A DNA stretch of 64,000 nucleotides from contig OY969413.1 in NCBI GenBank assembly GCA_963699165.1, positions 596,562 to 660,561 on the forward strand, in the 5' to 3' direction. Position numbers and translations under genes: made by a program. Shown here one piece after another: positions 8,675 through 17,405 of the stretch (the first letter of the stretch is position 1; each line of letters starts with the position of its first letter). The DNA comes from Candidatus Kaiserbacteria bacterium. Lineage in GTDB: Bacteria; Patescibacteriota; Minisyncoccia; Phycocordibacterales; Phycocordibacteraceae. The notes beneath the pieces were generated by a model. That model had not been told where the DNA came from and made no database searches. It worked only from the letters and a program-made list of their open reading frames with translations.

Positions 8675-11179
8675 TTATAGTTTTTTGACTACCAGCATTT
8701 CAACACCACGATCATCAACAATTTTTACTGCAATCGTTCTTTTTTCACCTAATTCAAAAGGAATGGAAGTCGTTCCTGTATATTGCTCTAGTAATTCCTC
8801 GTCCACAGTACCATTTAACGCCTTTGCGAGTTTAGTCCAATCTCTTTTTTCATCTTGCATCGGAAAAAATATTTGTGATGGAAATAGAGATCTGTTGTCA
8901 TAATCGGTATCCAGCATCCATACAGCTATTTTGTCTGTACTGCCAGCCTTTAGTTCTTGTGTATGTGGATCATAATAATCAAATCCTTTAACTTCGATCT
9001 GATACTTGCCATCCTTCATTTTGTTTATTTCTATGTCAGGTTCACCGATGAGCCAAAATGGTCTGTTTGTATCTGTTTTTTTCTTTAGGTCTTTAGTAAG
9101 TAAATCAGTATTCATTTGTGCCTTAAGTATTTGAAGTCCAGGGATTTTTATATTATCAATATCTTTCGAGGCCTCTGGATCAAAAGCGTAAGAACAAAAA
9201 ATAACCATCTGTGGTTTTTCTGTCATTCCTCTAATTTCCTCCATAGTTCGTTCAATCTGAGTTTGTTCCATCGATGCATAGTCTGGACCAAATACTATTG
9301 CACACCTCTTAAACTCTCCATCTTTATCAATATTTCCGAAAGCGTGAATTTCGCTAAATCCTTCAGCAATTTCTACGCTGTTAAAAGTAATACCAACATT
9401 ATGATACGACCGAATTCCTGAAGCACGGATGTTATCTAAATAATCATTCAGTTTCTCTGAAATAATGTTCGTTGGATTTGTTTTGTCTGAAACATCCGGT
9501 AAGTTTCCATCAATAGGTTTAGTCCTAATACCAGGTACGGCTTCTACTGTGAATGGCCCAGTTACTCTAATTTTATTCTTTACAATAAAAGGTTGGTCGA
9601 AGATGGTCTCCTCCTTTGCGGGTTCATTATTTGCGATACTTCCAAGAGTAATATGTGAGACTGTTTTATATTTAAAACCAGAAGAAACGCCCTCTTCCTG
9701 TTGAGCCATTTCATAATAATCAAATCTTGCAGTCATTAATCTTTGCTTTGCTAGCTGTATAGCGACTCTAGAAGTGTCGCAAGTAATCCATCTGCGTCCC
9801 CATTGTTCTGCAACATATCCTGTAGTTCCTGAACCACAAGTAATATCTAAAACCAAGTCACCTGGATCTGTAGTCATTAATAAACACCTTTGGATAACAA
9901 GCTGATTTGTTTGTACTACATAAATCTTATTCATACCACTCCCAGAAACTGTGTCTTCCCAAATATTAACAAGTGGGCAAACTGGGAAATCGTCAATATA
10001 TCTTTTATACGAAATAGATTTCCCAGAAGACACAACTCTCTTTGCTTTAACGAGTTGTTCAAATCCTTCAATATCAGTTTTCCAGTGATTACCTGCAGAG
10101 GGCTTATATATATTCCCTTCAAATTCAAATTCTTGCGACTTAGCTGAAGCACCTTGAGACTCTAATGTTGATAAACGAAATAAACGACCTTCTTTAATCA
10201 CAGACCAATCAGAAGATTCTTCTTTTGTTAAATTTCTTATCGTTCCATCTTTTAATTCAATCTTGTTATAAGCCTGGTAGCCATCACTAGCAATTTTATT
10301 ATCATATAGTTGATGATATTTAATTACATCCTTATTCTTTCCATACCAAATTAAATAATCGGAAACGTTATCTAATGTTGTAGAAGCGAAACCACTCGTT
10401 TTTTTGAAGGATATTTGTGAAATAAAATTACTTACACCAAATATTTCATCCATTATTTCTCGTACATGGTGCACATTTTCATCTGATATCTGTACAAAAA
10501 CGCTTCCACTTTCGTGTAGAAGTTCTCTTGCCAAAAAAAGTCTGTCGCGAAGATGCGTAAGGTAACTATGAATACCCAATTCCCAGGTGTCCCTAAAGGC
10601 TTTTATCATTTCTGGCTCTGCAGGAATACTATCGTCATCCTTATCCTTAACTTCTTTTTTATTTGTAAATGGCTGAAAATTGGAATTATATTTAATTCCA
10701 TACGGCGGATCTATGTAAATCATCTGAACCTTCCCGGCCATTTTTTCCTTTTCTAGGAGCGAATTCATCACGAGCAAACTATCACCTGCGATAAGACGGT
10801 TAGACCATGGTTTAGTATGGCCATAAAAATCAAATTCTCGATCAAGATTTAGATTTTCACTAGGTTCCTCAAAAAGTGACGGCTGTATTTTAACTGGCTC
10901 TTTCGTTTTTTTAAGAACTTGTTTGATAATTCTTTTTGGATCAATTCTTTCGTGTATGTGTAGAGACACTGTGTCCACATCAAAAGACATCCCCTCTACT
11001 TTGCCAGTCCAAGATAGCGTCGGATCAATATAAGGATCGTGCTGATAGATCTTCTTTTTTGGCTTAGTATCCAATGAGCTACTGACAAGGCCTACCTGAG
11101 GATTATTACTTCTCTTTTCCTTGTGCTGATATTGCCCGATAGAAATATCTTTTGTTTTTGTGGCTTGTTTTTTGGGCAT
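8675..11179 (-). CDS. DNA amino-methyltransferase, beta-class (Mod-like), with about 300-aa uncharacterised C-terminal extension
   Basis: motif IV IYIDPPYG precedes motif I VLDITCGSGTTG (beta-class order) with a TRD-sized segment between; strongly AT-rich codon usage relative to flanking genes. Confidence 0.75.
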   Translation of the reverse strand: MPKKQATKTKDISIGQYQHKEKRSNNPQVGLVSSSLDTKPKKKIYQHDPYIDPTLSWTGKVEGMSFDVDTVSLHIHERIDPKRIIKQVLKKTKEPVKIQPSLFEEPSENLNLDREFDFYGHTKPWSNRLIAGDSLLVMNSLLEKEKMAGKVQMIYIDPPYGIKYNSNFQPFTNKKEVKDKDDDSIPAEPEMIKAFRDTWELGIHSYLTHLRDRLFLARELLHESGSVFVQISDENVHHVREIMDEIFGVSNFISQISFKKTSGFASTTLDNVSDYLIWYGKNKDVIKYHQLYDNKIASDGYQAYNKIELKDGTIRNLTKEESSDWSVIKEGRLFRLSTLESQGASAKSQEFEFEGNIYKPSAGNHWKTDIEGFEQLVKAKRVVSSGKSISYKRYIDDFPVCPLVNIWEDTVSGSGMNKIYVVQTNQLVIQRCLLMTTDPGDLVLDITCGSGTTGYVAEQWGRRWITCDTSRVAIQLAKQRLMTARFDYYEMAQQEEGVSSGFKYKTVSHITLGSIANNEPAKEETIFDQPFIVKNKIRVTGPFTVEAVPGIRTKPIDGNLPDVSDKTNPTNIISEKLNDYLDNIRASGIRSYHNVGITFNSVEIAEGFSEIHAFGNIDKDGEFKRCAIVFGPDYASMEQTQIERTMEEIRGMTEKPQMVIFCSYAFDPEASKDIDNIKIPGLQILKAQMNTDLLTKDLKKKTDTNRPFWLIGEPDIEINKMKDGKYQIEVKGFDYYDPHTQELKAGSTDKIAVWMLDTDYDNRSLFPSQIFFPMQDEKRDWTKLAKALNGTVDEELLEQYTGTTSIPFELGEKRTIAVKIVDDRGVEMLVVKKL

Positions 11180-11367
11180 ATTATTTCCTACTTATGACCT
11201 TGAAGAGTTATTCGAGGATTTCTTCATGTAATCTTAAATCTAGCATTTTTAGGCATATTTTTGAAGCATTAGTTACCAACTCCTAGGACCTCCGAGGCGG
11301 TCTGGACTCACAGCGCTGGTTGCGTCATCCATTGTGGTAGTGCGAATTAGCACATAACCACAATGCA

Positions 11368-12681
11368 ATGAACAAACCGGTATTCGAGGACACAGACAAG
11401 GTTCTTGGGCTGAAACCCGAGAATAAGGAAGCAGTTAAGGTGCGGTACTGCCTCTACGCCAGAAAGAGCACCGAGCAGGACGAAATGCAGGCTCTCTCTA
11501 TCGACTCGCAGATCAAGGAGATGTCGGCCCTCGCGGCTCGTGAGGGCCTCGAGATTGTAGTGATTAAGCGAGAGAGCCATTCAGCCAAGGAGGCCAGCCA
11601 GCGGCCAGTCTTCAACGAGATGATTGACGAAATGCGTGCCGGAAAGTTCAACGGGATTCTGACGTGGGCAGCGGATCGTATCAGTCGTAACGCAGGCGAT
11701 CTCGGAAGAGTAGTTGACCTTATGGACGCCGGAGTGCTCGTGCAGATACAGACGTATACGCAGAAGTTCTCCAACAATCCGAATGAGAAATTCCTGCTGA
11801 TGATCCTTTGTTCACAGGCAAAGCTTGAGAACGACAACAAGAGCATCAACGTGAAGCGCGGACTGCGAACGCGCGCCGAGATGGGAATGCTCCCCGGCTG
11901 GGCACCGATTGGCTACTTGAACGACAATCGGTCGGACCATAAGTGCGAATATCTACTCGACCCTATACGCTCCCCTATCGTAAAGATGATCTTCGAAAAA
12001 GTAGGGCGAGATAAGTGGAGCGGGGTGAAAATATATCACTGGCTCAAAGATGAAATAAAGTTCACAACAAGAAGCGGAAAGAGTATGAGTATCGGCACTC
12101 TCTACGAAATCCTAAAGAATCCATTTTACTGCGGCGTCTTTGAGTACCCGCGAGGGAGTGGCAACTGGTATGTCGGCAAGCACGAAGCACTTATCACGCG
12201 AGAGTTATTCGAAGAGGTCAGAAAAAAGATTGTTGAAGAAACGAATCCAAGAAAGAAACATACTGGGTTCGCATTCGTGAAGATGATGACTTGCGGCGAA
12301 TGCGGCTCCGGCCTTACTTGTCTCGAAAAAGAAAAGATACTACAGACCACTAAAGAATCTGTATTCTACCGCTACTACGTCTGCAGCCGAGCACGTGATC
12401 GGCGATGCAAGAATCCGTATATACGCGAGGATGCGCTCGTCGAGCAACTCTGCGGAATCATCGATGAAATCGAAATAGACCGACTCGGCGCTCGGGCTCT
12501 CATAGACAAGGAGGTGGCTCGGTTCAACAACATGCAGTCAAAGGTACTTGGCATACAGGGAAAGGAGAAAGCGCGGGATGTGGATATCAAACGTTATGCG
12601 AAATACCTGCTTGAAGAAGGAACGGTCGACGAGAAGCGACAACTGCTGCATAAGTTCAGATACATTTGGCAGTCCTCATAA
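11368..12681 (+). CDS. large serine recombinase; last 11 codons supplied by IS481 copy 1
   Basis: catalytic YARKSTEQ serine motif, resolvase N-domain, recombinase domain and Cys-rich zinc ribbon (CGECGSG...C). ORF runs 36 nt into the IS that begins at 12646, so the native C-terminus is probably truncated. Confidence 0.75.
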   Translation: MNKPVFEDTDKVLGLKPENKEAVKVRYCLYARKSTEQDEMQALSIDSQIKEMSALAAREGLEIVVIKRESHSAKEASQRPVFNEMIDEMRAGKFNGILTWAADRISRNAGDLGRVVDLMDAGVLVQIQTYTQKFSNNPNEKFLLMILCSQAKLENDNKSINVKRGLRTRAEMGMLPGWAPIGYLNDNRSDHKCEYLLDPIRSPIVKMIFEKVGRDKWSGVKIYHWLKDEIKFTTRSGKSMSIGTLYEILKNPFYCGVFEYPRGSGNWYVGKHEALITRELFEEVRKKIVEETNPRKKHTGFAFVKMMTCGECGSGLTCLEKEKILQTTKESVFYRYYVCSRARDRRCKNPYIREDALVEQLCGIIDEIEIDRLGARALIDKEVARFNNMQSKVLGIQGKEKARDVDIKRYAKYLLEEGTVDEKRQLLHKFRYIWQSS

Positions 12682-13727
12682 CCGAGGATATATGCGCATC
12701 AGAAGCAATTTCAGGGGTACGAAGGGCTGGTTGAGCATGTGGGAAAGGACGATACGATTGCGGCATATGCGGAAACCAAAGGAAGTCGACAGACGGGTGA
12801 AGATATTGGGATTCTGGGACATGCACGGGACGGAGGCCACATACGACGCCTTTGGCACCTCGGAGCGCACCTTGTATCGCTGGAAGGAGGAACTCAAAGC
12901 CCACGAGGGCCGCATTGATGCACTTGACCCGAAGAGCACTGCGCCGAAGGCGCGTCGAAGGAGGACTGTTCTGCCCGAGGTCGAGGATTTCATCATCCGC
13001 GAACGACAGGCGCATCCCCGGCTTGGGAAAGCAAAGCTTGCCGTTCTCCTGCGCGAAGAAGGGTACTCCGTGTCGGAGTCATACGTTGGGCGGGTCATTC
13101 TGGATTTGAAGAACCGCGGTCTGCTCCCGCAGCAGAGCCGGCTCTCGTTCCACGCACGTACGGGCAATCACACGGAAACACCGCAGAAACGCCGTACCAA
13201 GCTTCGCCGCACCGGCAAGCGCGGCATGGAGCTCGATACCGTCGTACGCTTCATCGACGGCGTGAAGCGGTACGTCCTCACGGCAGTGGACGTGGAGCGG
13301 AAGTTCGCCTTTGCGGGCGCGTATACGAACCACTCGTCGAGAAGCGCGGACGACTTCCTTCGCCGAGTCATCGAGGTTTGCCCCTTCGATATCGACGAGT
13401 TGCAGACCGACAACGGGAGCGAGTTCGCCAAACACTTCGAGGATGCCTGTGCCGAACTCGGGCTCACGCACTTTCACACCCGCCCCCGCACTCCCAAGAT
13501 GAATGCCCACGTCGAACGATTCAATCGCACCGTGTCCGAGGACTTCATCATGCTGAATCGGGGCCTGCTGCGGGACGATATTCATTCCTTCAATCTGAAG
13601 CTTGTCGACTGGCTGATCTGGTACAACACCAAACGCCCGCACCAGTCGCTCGGCATGGTGTCCCCCTTGCGGTATATTGTGTGTACATTAACCGTCGGGG
13701 ACTGCCAAAAGTACTGGACGCGTACAA
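12646..13727 (+). mobile_element. IS481-family-like insertion sequence, copy 1 (1082 bp)
   Basis: 99 percent identical to 60721..61802; single DDE transposase ORF; imperfect terminal inverted repeats containing TTGGCAGTCC. Confidence 0.75.
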
Positions 13728-13735
13728 CTGCTTGA
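12692..13735 (+). CDS. IS481-family DDE transposase (copy 1)
   Basis: rve integrase core (TDNGSEF, KRPHQSLG); ATG at 12692 matches the copy-2 start; stop codon lies 6 nt beyond the element end. Confidence 0.7.
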   Translation: MRIRSNFRGTKGWLSMWERTIRLRHMRKPKEVDRRVKILGFWDMHGTEATYDAFGTSERTLYRWKEELKAHEGRIDALDPKSTAPKARRRRTVLPEVEDFIIRERQAHPRLGKAKLAVLLREEGYSVSESYVGRVILDLKNRGLLPQQSRLSFHARTGNHTETPQKRRTKLRRTGKRGMELDTVVRFIDGVKRYVLTAVDVERKFAFAGAYTNHSSRSADDFLRRVIEVCPFDIDELQTDNGSEFAKHFEDACAELGLTHFHTRPRTPKMNAHVERFNRTVSEDFIMLNRGLLRDDIHSFNLKLVDWLIWYNTKRPHQSLGMVSPLRYIVCTLTVGDCQKYWTRTTA

Positions 13736-13808
13736 GCAATTGCGTGGCAAACTTATACTTAAAGACAAGGTAATTGCTTTGTGTTAATGCAGCGAGAGAA
13801 AACTTTAT

Positions 13809-16181
13809 TCAAGATACTCTTCTGCCCTGAACACTATTCAAATAGAGAAATCTTGAATTAACCGCCATCTCAGACATTCGCAATGCATATTGATAAGGAA
13901 GCTCCTTAAATCTGGGATTCTCCCAATAGGGCTGATAGGGTTCGAGTTCGGCATTTGCAAGCAGGATAAACGGAATATTCTCTGTTTCCAGAGTTCGGAA
14001 AAGGCCGAGTTCGGCTTCTGTAAATGTATCGGCGGTTTTAGCAAATATCAGATAGCAAGAGAAGCCCTTTGCGACCAATTTATCCCTAGCGACTTTCAAA
14101 TTATCGATATCATTCTGATCAATTTCTCCTCCCTCGTCCTTTGCTTCTCCAATTCCGATCTCAAACTCGTCACCCCTACTGTGCTGAAAGACAACGAAAT
14201 CCGTCTCGAATGCTCGATTGCCGACTTTCAGATTGAGAGCCATTGAGTACAGGAATTCACCGTGATTAAAGACTCTACTGAAAGCAAGAAGAGAAAGGAT
14301 AACGGGAATAGCACCTTCTTGATTATTGTTTTTCGCAAATAGACCAGCTTTTTGAAAGTTCCATATGCCTGGGCTATCTCTAAAAGATTGAACGATGAGT
14401 GGTCGAAGATTCTGCTCTTCAAAACAGAATGGACACGGCCATTTATCATTCTCGAAGTCAGAAAGCAGGACATTGGAAGCGAGGCCACATCCTTCGCACC
14501 GATATTCCTTTCGTTTCCGAAGAATCTTCTCGAGCCAACGTACTTTAGGTCGTAAGATATTTTTCTTAATGAGAAAATTGAAAGCATCACGCGGATTGAG
14601 ATTTTTAGACTCTCTCGACTCAAGAAATAAAGTTTGGAATCTCTTAAACCTCTCTTCGTCCCAAATGATTCTAAGTGCGTCATTCCACTTGATGAAAGTA
14701 TCGGCGGGCAAATCCTTTAGAAACTTTCTAACTCCTGTGATCTTGAAAACACGGCACGCCTCCAGCGGCGTGTATTCCCTCATACCCGTAACTATTTTCG
14801 AAGCAAGTCTCCCAGGTTGGCCAGTCTGTGCCTTGATTTCAGAATACTCCAGAATCTTCTCGATCAATTTCTGATGTGGAAGCGGGTATAGTGTCTCACT
14901 CTCATCGTGCACGTTAATCAAGAGCGCGAACCCTTCTCGCTCGACTCTTAACTTCCACGGATCAAAAACAATTTCTCTGCTGTAGAACTCGTTGAGGCCA
15001 GGTAGGCAAGGAATCTTCAGTGTGTGATCTGAGTAGCCAAAATCTCCGTAAGCATCGATGTTAACGGCTAGGATTTGCTGATCAACATGTCGTCGGTCAG
15101 TCGCCCCGTCGAGAAACTTCTTTTCAGGAAGTGACAAACTGACCTGATACCGATCAAACTGTTTCTCAACAGTGCCGTAACCTCGTTGCCATTCAAAGCA
15201 ATGATAGGCAGGATTCAACCCCCACGCGATGGCTGGAATGTCGGGAGAGAATGTACCAAGGGCTTTTGCTTTCTTCGTAGGGAAAGTCTCCAGGATTTTT
15301 TGAATCTCGTCGTTAGGCAGACTGTGATGAACCCCTATCCAGTCTTGAATTTCTGGATGTGAGTTTGGTATGCCGTCTAAGAACTTGAAGTATTTGGTAA
15401 TGAACGGTCTGAATCTCTCGATCTCGTCGATCGGGCAGAACATGAATGTCTTACCAGAAGCTCGCAAATTCCAAAAGTGCACTAAGTCATCGAAACTATC
15501 CTTCTTCCCGAAGAAGACTCCATACCCACCCCGCTGCCCACCGCCATACCCTTTAAGATCCATACTGGTCAATCCAATCGGGGGAACAGACAGTGCAAAG
15601 GAATCTTTTATCTTTTCGCCGTTCTTTATCTCTATGATCTTCGACCTCAAACCGCGCACGAATGCGTCTTCGAAATCGTCTTTGAGGTTGTAGGACTTTG
15701 GGAAGAAACCAAAATTCAGAGCAAAAACCGCATTTAGTGGATCGGCTTCGTCCCATTTAACTAGGACGCAATTACTTCTGTAGTTTTTCCGCTTGTGCTT
15801 GAAATCTTCCTGCCATAACTTCTCGATAATGTTGAGCACGTCGAGATAGGCAATTTCATTTTTCTTGGTGTGCCATTCTTGATGGAAAATCTGATCCGCG
15901 TAGTGACCTCTATCTCGAAGAAACGGGAACTTGTCTATGAACTCTTTAATCTCCTCAGACTCAGCGATTTTGTAAAAAGTATCGGGCAGGAAAACTCCTA
16001 CAAGATAATCAGCAAGAGAATTATCCTCACCCTTTGGAGCAACTGGAATGATTGGATTATGAATACCGCCCCAAAGCAATGAGTTTATTCCAGTGGCAGT
16101 CACAAGATCCTCAATGTGTCCTTTCCTGACGAGAAAGGCGACCTTGGCGGGCCGGTATTTAATAGAGAAATTTATGGACAT
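13809..16181 (-). CDS. large (790 aa) uncharacterised protein with CxxC...CxxC Zn-ribbon and C-terminal PD-(D/E)xK-like motif
   Basis: start moved to internal Met (ATG 16179-16181); AT/Lys-rich composition; CEGCG...CPFC; GDEFEIGIGEAKD resembles the D...ExK nuclease signature. Confidence 0.55.
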   Translation of the reverse strand: MSINFSIKYRPAKVAFLVRKGHIEDLVTATGINSLLWGGIHNPIIPVAPKGEDNSLADYLVGVFLPDTFYKIAESEEIKEFIDKFPFLRDRGHYADQIFHQEWHTKKNEIAYLDVLNIIEKLWQEDFKHKRKNYRSNCVLVKWDEADPLNAVFALNFGFFPKSYNLKDDFEDAFVRGLRSKIIEIKNGEKIKDSFALSVPPIGLTSMDLKGYGGGQRGGYGVFFGKKDSFDDLVHFWNLRASGKTFMFCPIDEIERFRPFITKYFKFLDGIPNSHPEIQDWIGVHHSLPNDEIQKILETFPTKKAKALGTFSPDIPAIAWGLNPAYHCFEWQRGYGTVEKQFDRYQVSLSLPEKKFLDGATDRRHVDQQILAVNIDAYGDFGYSDHTLKIPCLPGLNEFYSREIVFDPWKLRVEREGFALLINVHDESETLYPLPHQKLIEKILEYSEIKAQTGQPGRLASKIVTGMREYTPLEACRVFKITGVRKFLKDLPADTFIKWNDALRIIWDEERFKRFQTLFLESRESKNLNPRDAFNFLIKKNILRPKVRWLEKILRKRKEYRCEGCGLASNVLLSDFENDKWPCPFCFEEQNLRPLIVQSFRDSPGIWNFQKAGLFAKNNNQEGAIPVILSLLAFSRVFNHGEFLYSMALNLKVGNRAFETDFVVFQHSRGDEFEIGIGEAKDEGGEIDQNDIDNLKVARDKLVAKGFSCYLIFAKTADTFTEAELGLFRTLETENIPFILLANAELEPYQPYWENPRFKELPYQYALRMSEMAVNSRFLYLNSVQGRRVS

Positions 16182-16260
16182 AGATGCATTATCGCAGATA
16201 TAAGATTTCTGCAAAGCTGACCGACAGATTGTTGATACTTCTTGAAATGCTACATAACAG

Positions 16261-16292
16261 AAAAAGCGCCCTATGTATTTTAGGCGCTTTTT
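16261..16292. terminator. bidirectional rho-independent terminator (aaaaagcgcc-ctatgtatttta-ggcgcttttt)
   Basis: GC stem flanked by A5 and T5. Confidence 0.6.
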
Positions 16293-16365
16293 CTGGTGAA
16301 CACCCGGGTCGGTACTGTACTGACCTTGATGGGGGCCGGTACTGGTTCCTGGCGTCACAACCGTG

Positions 16366-16395
16366 TTGCGGGGGCCGGAATCGAACCGGCGTCTG
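16366..16395 (-). ncRNA. tRNA-like 3' fragment (T-arm GCCGG-UUCGAUU-CCGGC plus acceptor 3' strand); no complete tRNA found
   Basis: consensus T-loop on the minus strand; the matching 5' acceptor strand (GCGGGG) lies about 300 nt away at 16663-16668; no tmRNA tag ORF found. Confidence 0.45.
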
Positions 16396-16833
16396 GAGGT
16401 TATGCTTACCACTACAACTTTAATTGCCCAATTTGGTTTGTGGTCTGGACTATGCCTTCATCCGCATGCGTGGATGCCTACCGTCTAGTCTCTACACCTT
16501 CCCGCACGAAAGTTTTTTGAACTTTTTGTGCGGACTTGGCTCGGCGTTGCCGTGCGTCCGAAGACGCTAGGGTTTCACCGAATTTGGCAGGTAATCATAC
16601 GCGCAATTGCTCGCGCGCACGCCCGAATAATTCAAGCCTCCCGAGGTACCTCTCCTCTACCCCGCTAAATAAAAGTATACACTCAATAACCTTGTTGGCA
16701 ATCGCATGCGAAAAGCAAAAAATAATTCAAGATGCGCGGCGCGGGAAGCTGATTTTCTGAATCGTACTTTTCGGTACGTTGAAGAAAATCAGCGGGATCC
16801 GTAACAAAGCAGGTTGGATTTTTTTCTTCTCGC

Positions 16834-17379
16834 TCAAATGGCCTTAAGTTCGCGGAAAACATTTTCATAACGCTGTATGGTGCGCTGTGCAATCGTGTCG
16901 GACAGATTAAACGCCGAGCCCTCGTGCGCGATTTGATTTCTGACTTTGTGCGCCTCCCACGCGTCTTGCAATGTCGCAAGACCGGCGGCTCTCGGCGACT
17001 TCAATTTTTCGCCGACGCCGATACCCGTGCAGCCGTATCGGACCAGCTCGTCTTCGAGCATGATGTCCGCCTCGATAATCGCTTCGCGCCATTCGCTCGG
17101 CGACGTGCCGGCGGCAAGCGCGGTGATATGCTTCCAACGCGAGACCGACGCCTCTTCTTCTTCCGGCGTGGTGATGAGCGTCCGGTAATATTCTTCTTCG
17201 TTATGGCGCAATTCAAACAGGCGAACGCTGCAGTATATAATCGTGGCGAATCCCGCAACAGAAACCGTGTAGCCGACAAGCACAATCAAAGTCCAAATAT
17301 TATTGAGCGACGCGGAAAATCCACCCGAGCCGAAGCCGAAGAAAACGTGCCAGAGATTGATTTCGTTGCCGGACGACAT
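16834..17379 (-). CDS. membrane-anchored protein with HEPN-like Rx4H motif
   Basis: one TM helix; C-terminal AHKVRNQIAHEG contains R-x4-H. Confidence 0.45.
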   Translation of the reverse strand: MSSGNEINLWHVFFGFGSGGFSASLNNIWTLIVLVGYTVSVAGFATIIYCSVRLFELRHNEEEYYRTLITTPEEEEASVSRWKHITALAAGTSPSEWREAIIEADIMLEDELVRYGCTGIGVGEKLKSPRAAGLATLQDAWEAHKVRNQIAHEGSAFNLSDTIAQRTIQRYENVFRELKAI

Positions 17380-17405
17380 AGGTCCAGTATACGCGATGCG
17401 CGCGA

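Noticed and set aside
8675-11179. Classical Type III Mod subunit
   Set aside because: No adjacent Res (helicase-nuclease) gene and an atypically long C-terminal extension. It is called generically as a beta-class amino-methyltransferase.
12548-12691. Upstream extension of the IS481 transposase ORF
   Set aside because: It lies outside the element as defined by the second copy and overlaps the recombinase. The copy-2 ORF starts at the conserved ATG 46 nt inside the element.
16365-16390. T-arm read on the plus strand
   Set aside because: The plus-strand loop would be AATCGAA, which violates the T-loop consensus. The minus strand gives UUCGAUU.
16366-16670. Canonical one-piece tmRNA (ssrA)
   Set aside because: tRNA-like ends are present but no tag ORF ends in a hydrophobic-AA stop and no 5' UUCGAC-type element was found in any frame. 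It is kept only as an unclassified tRNA-like fragment.
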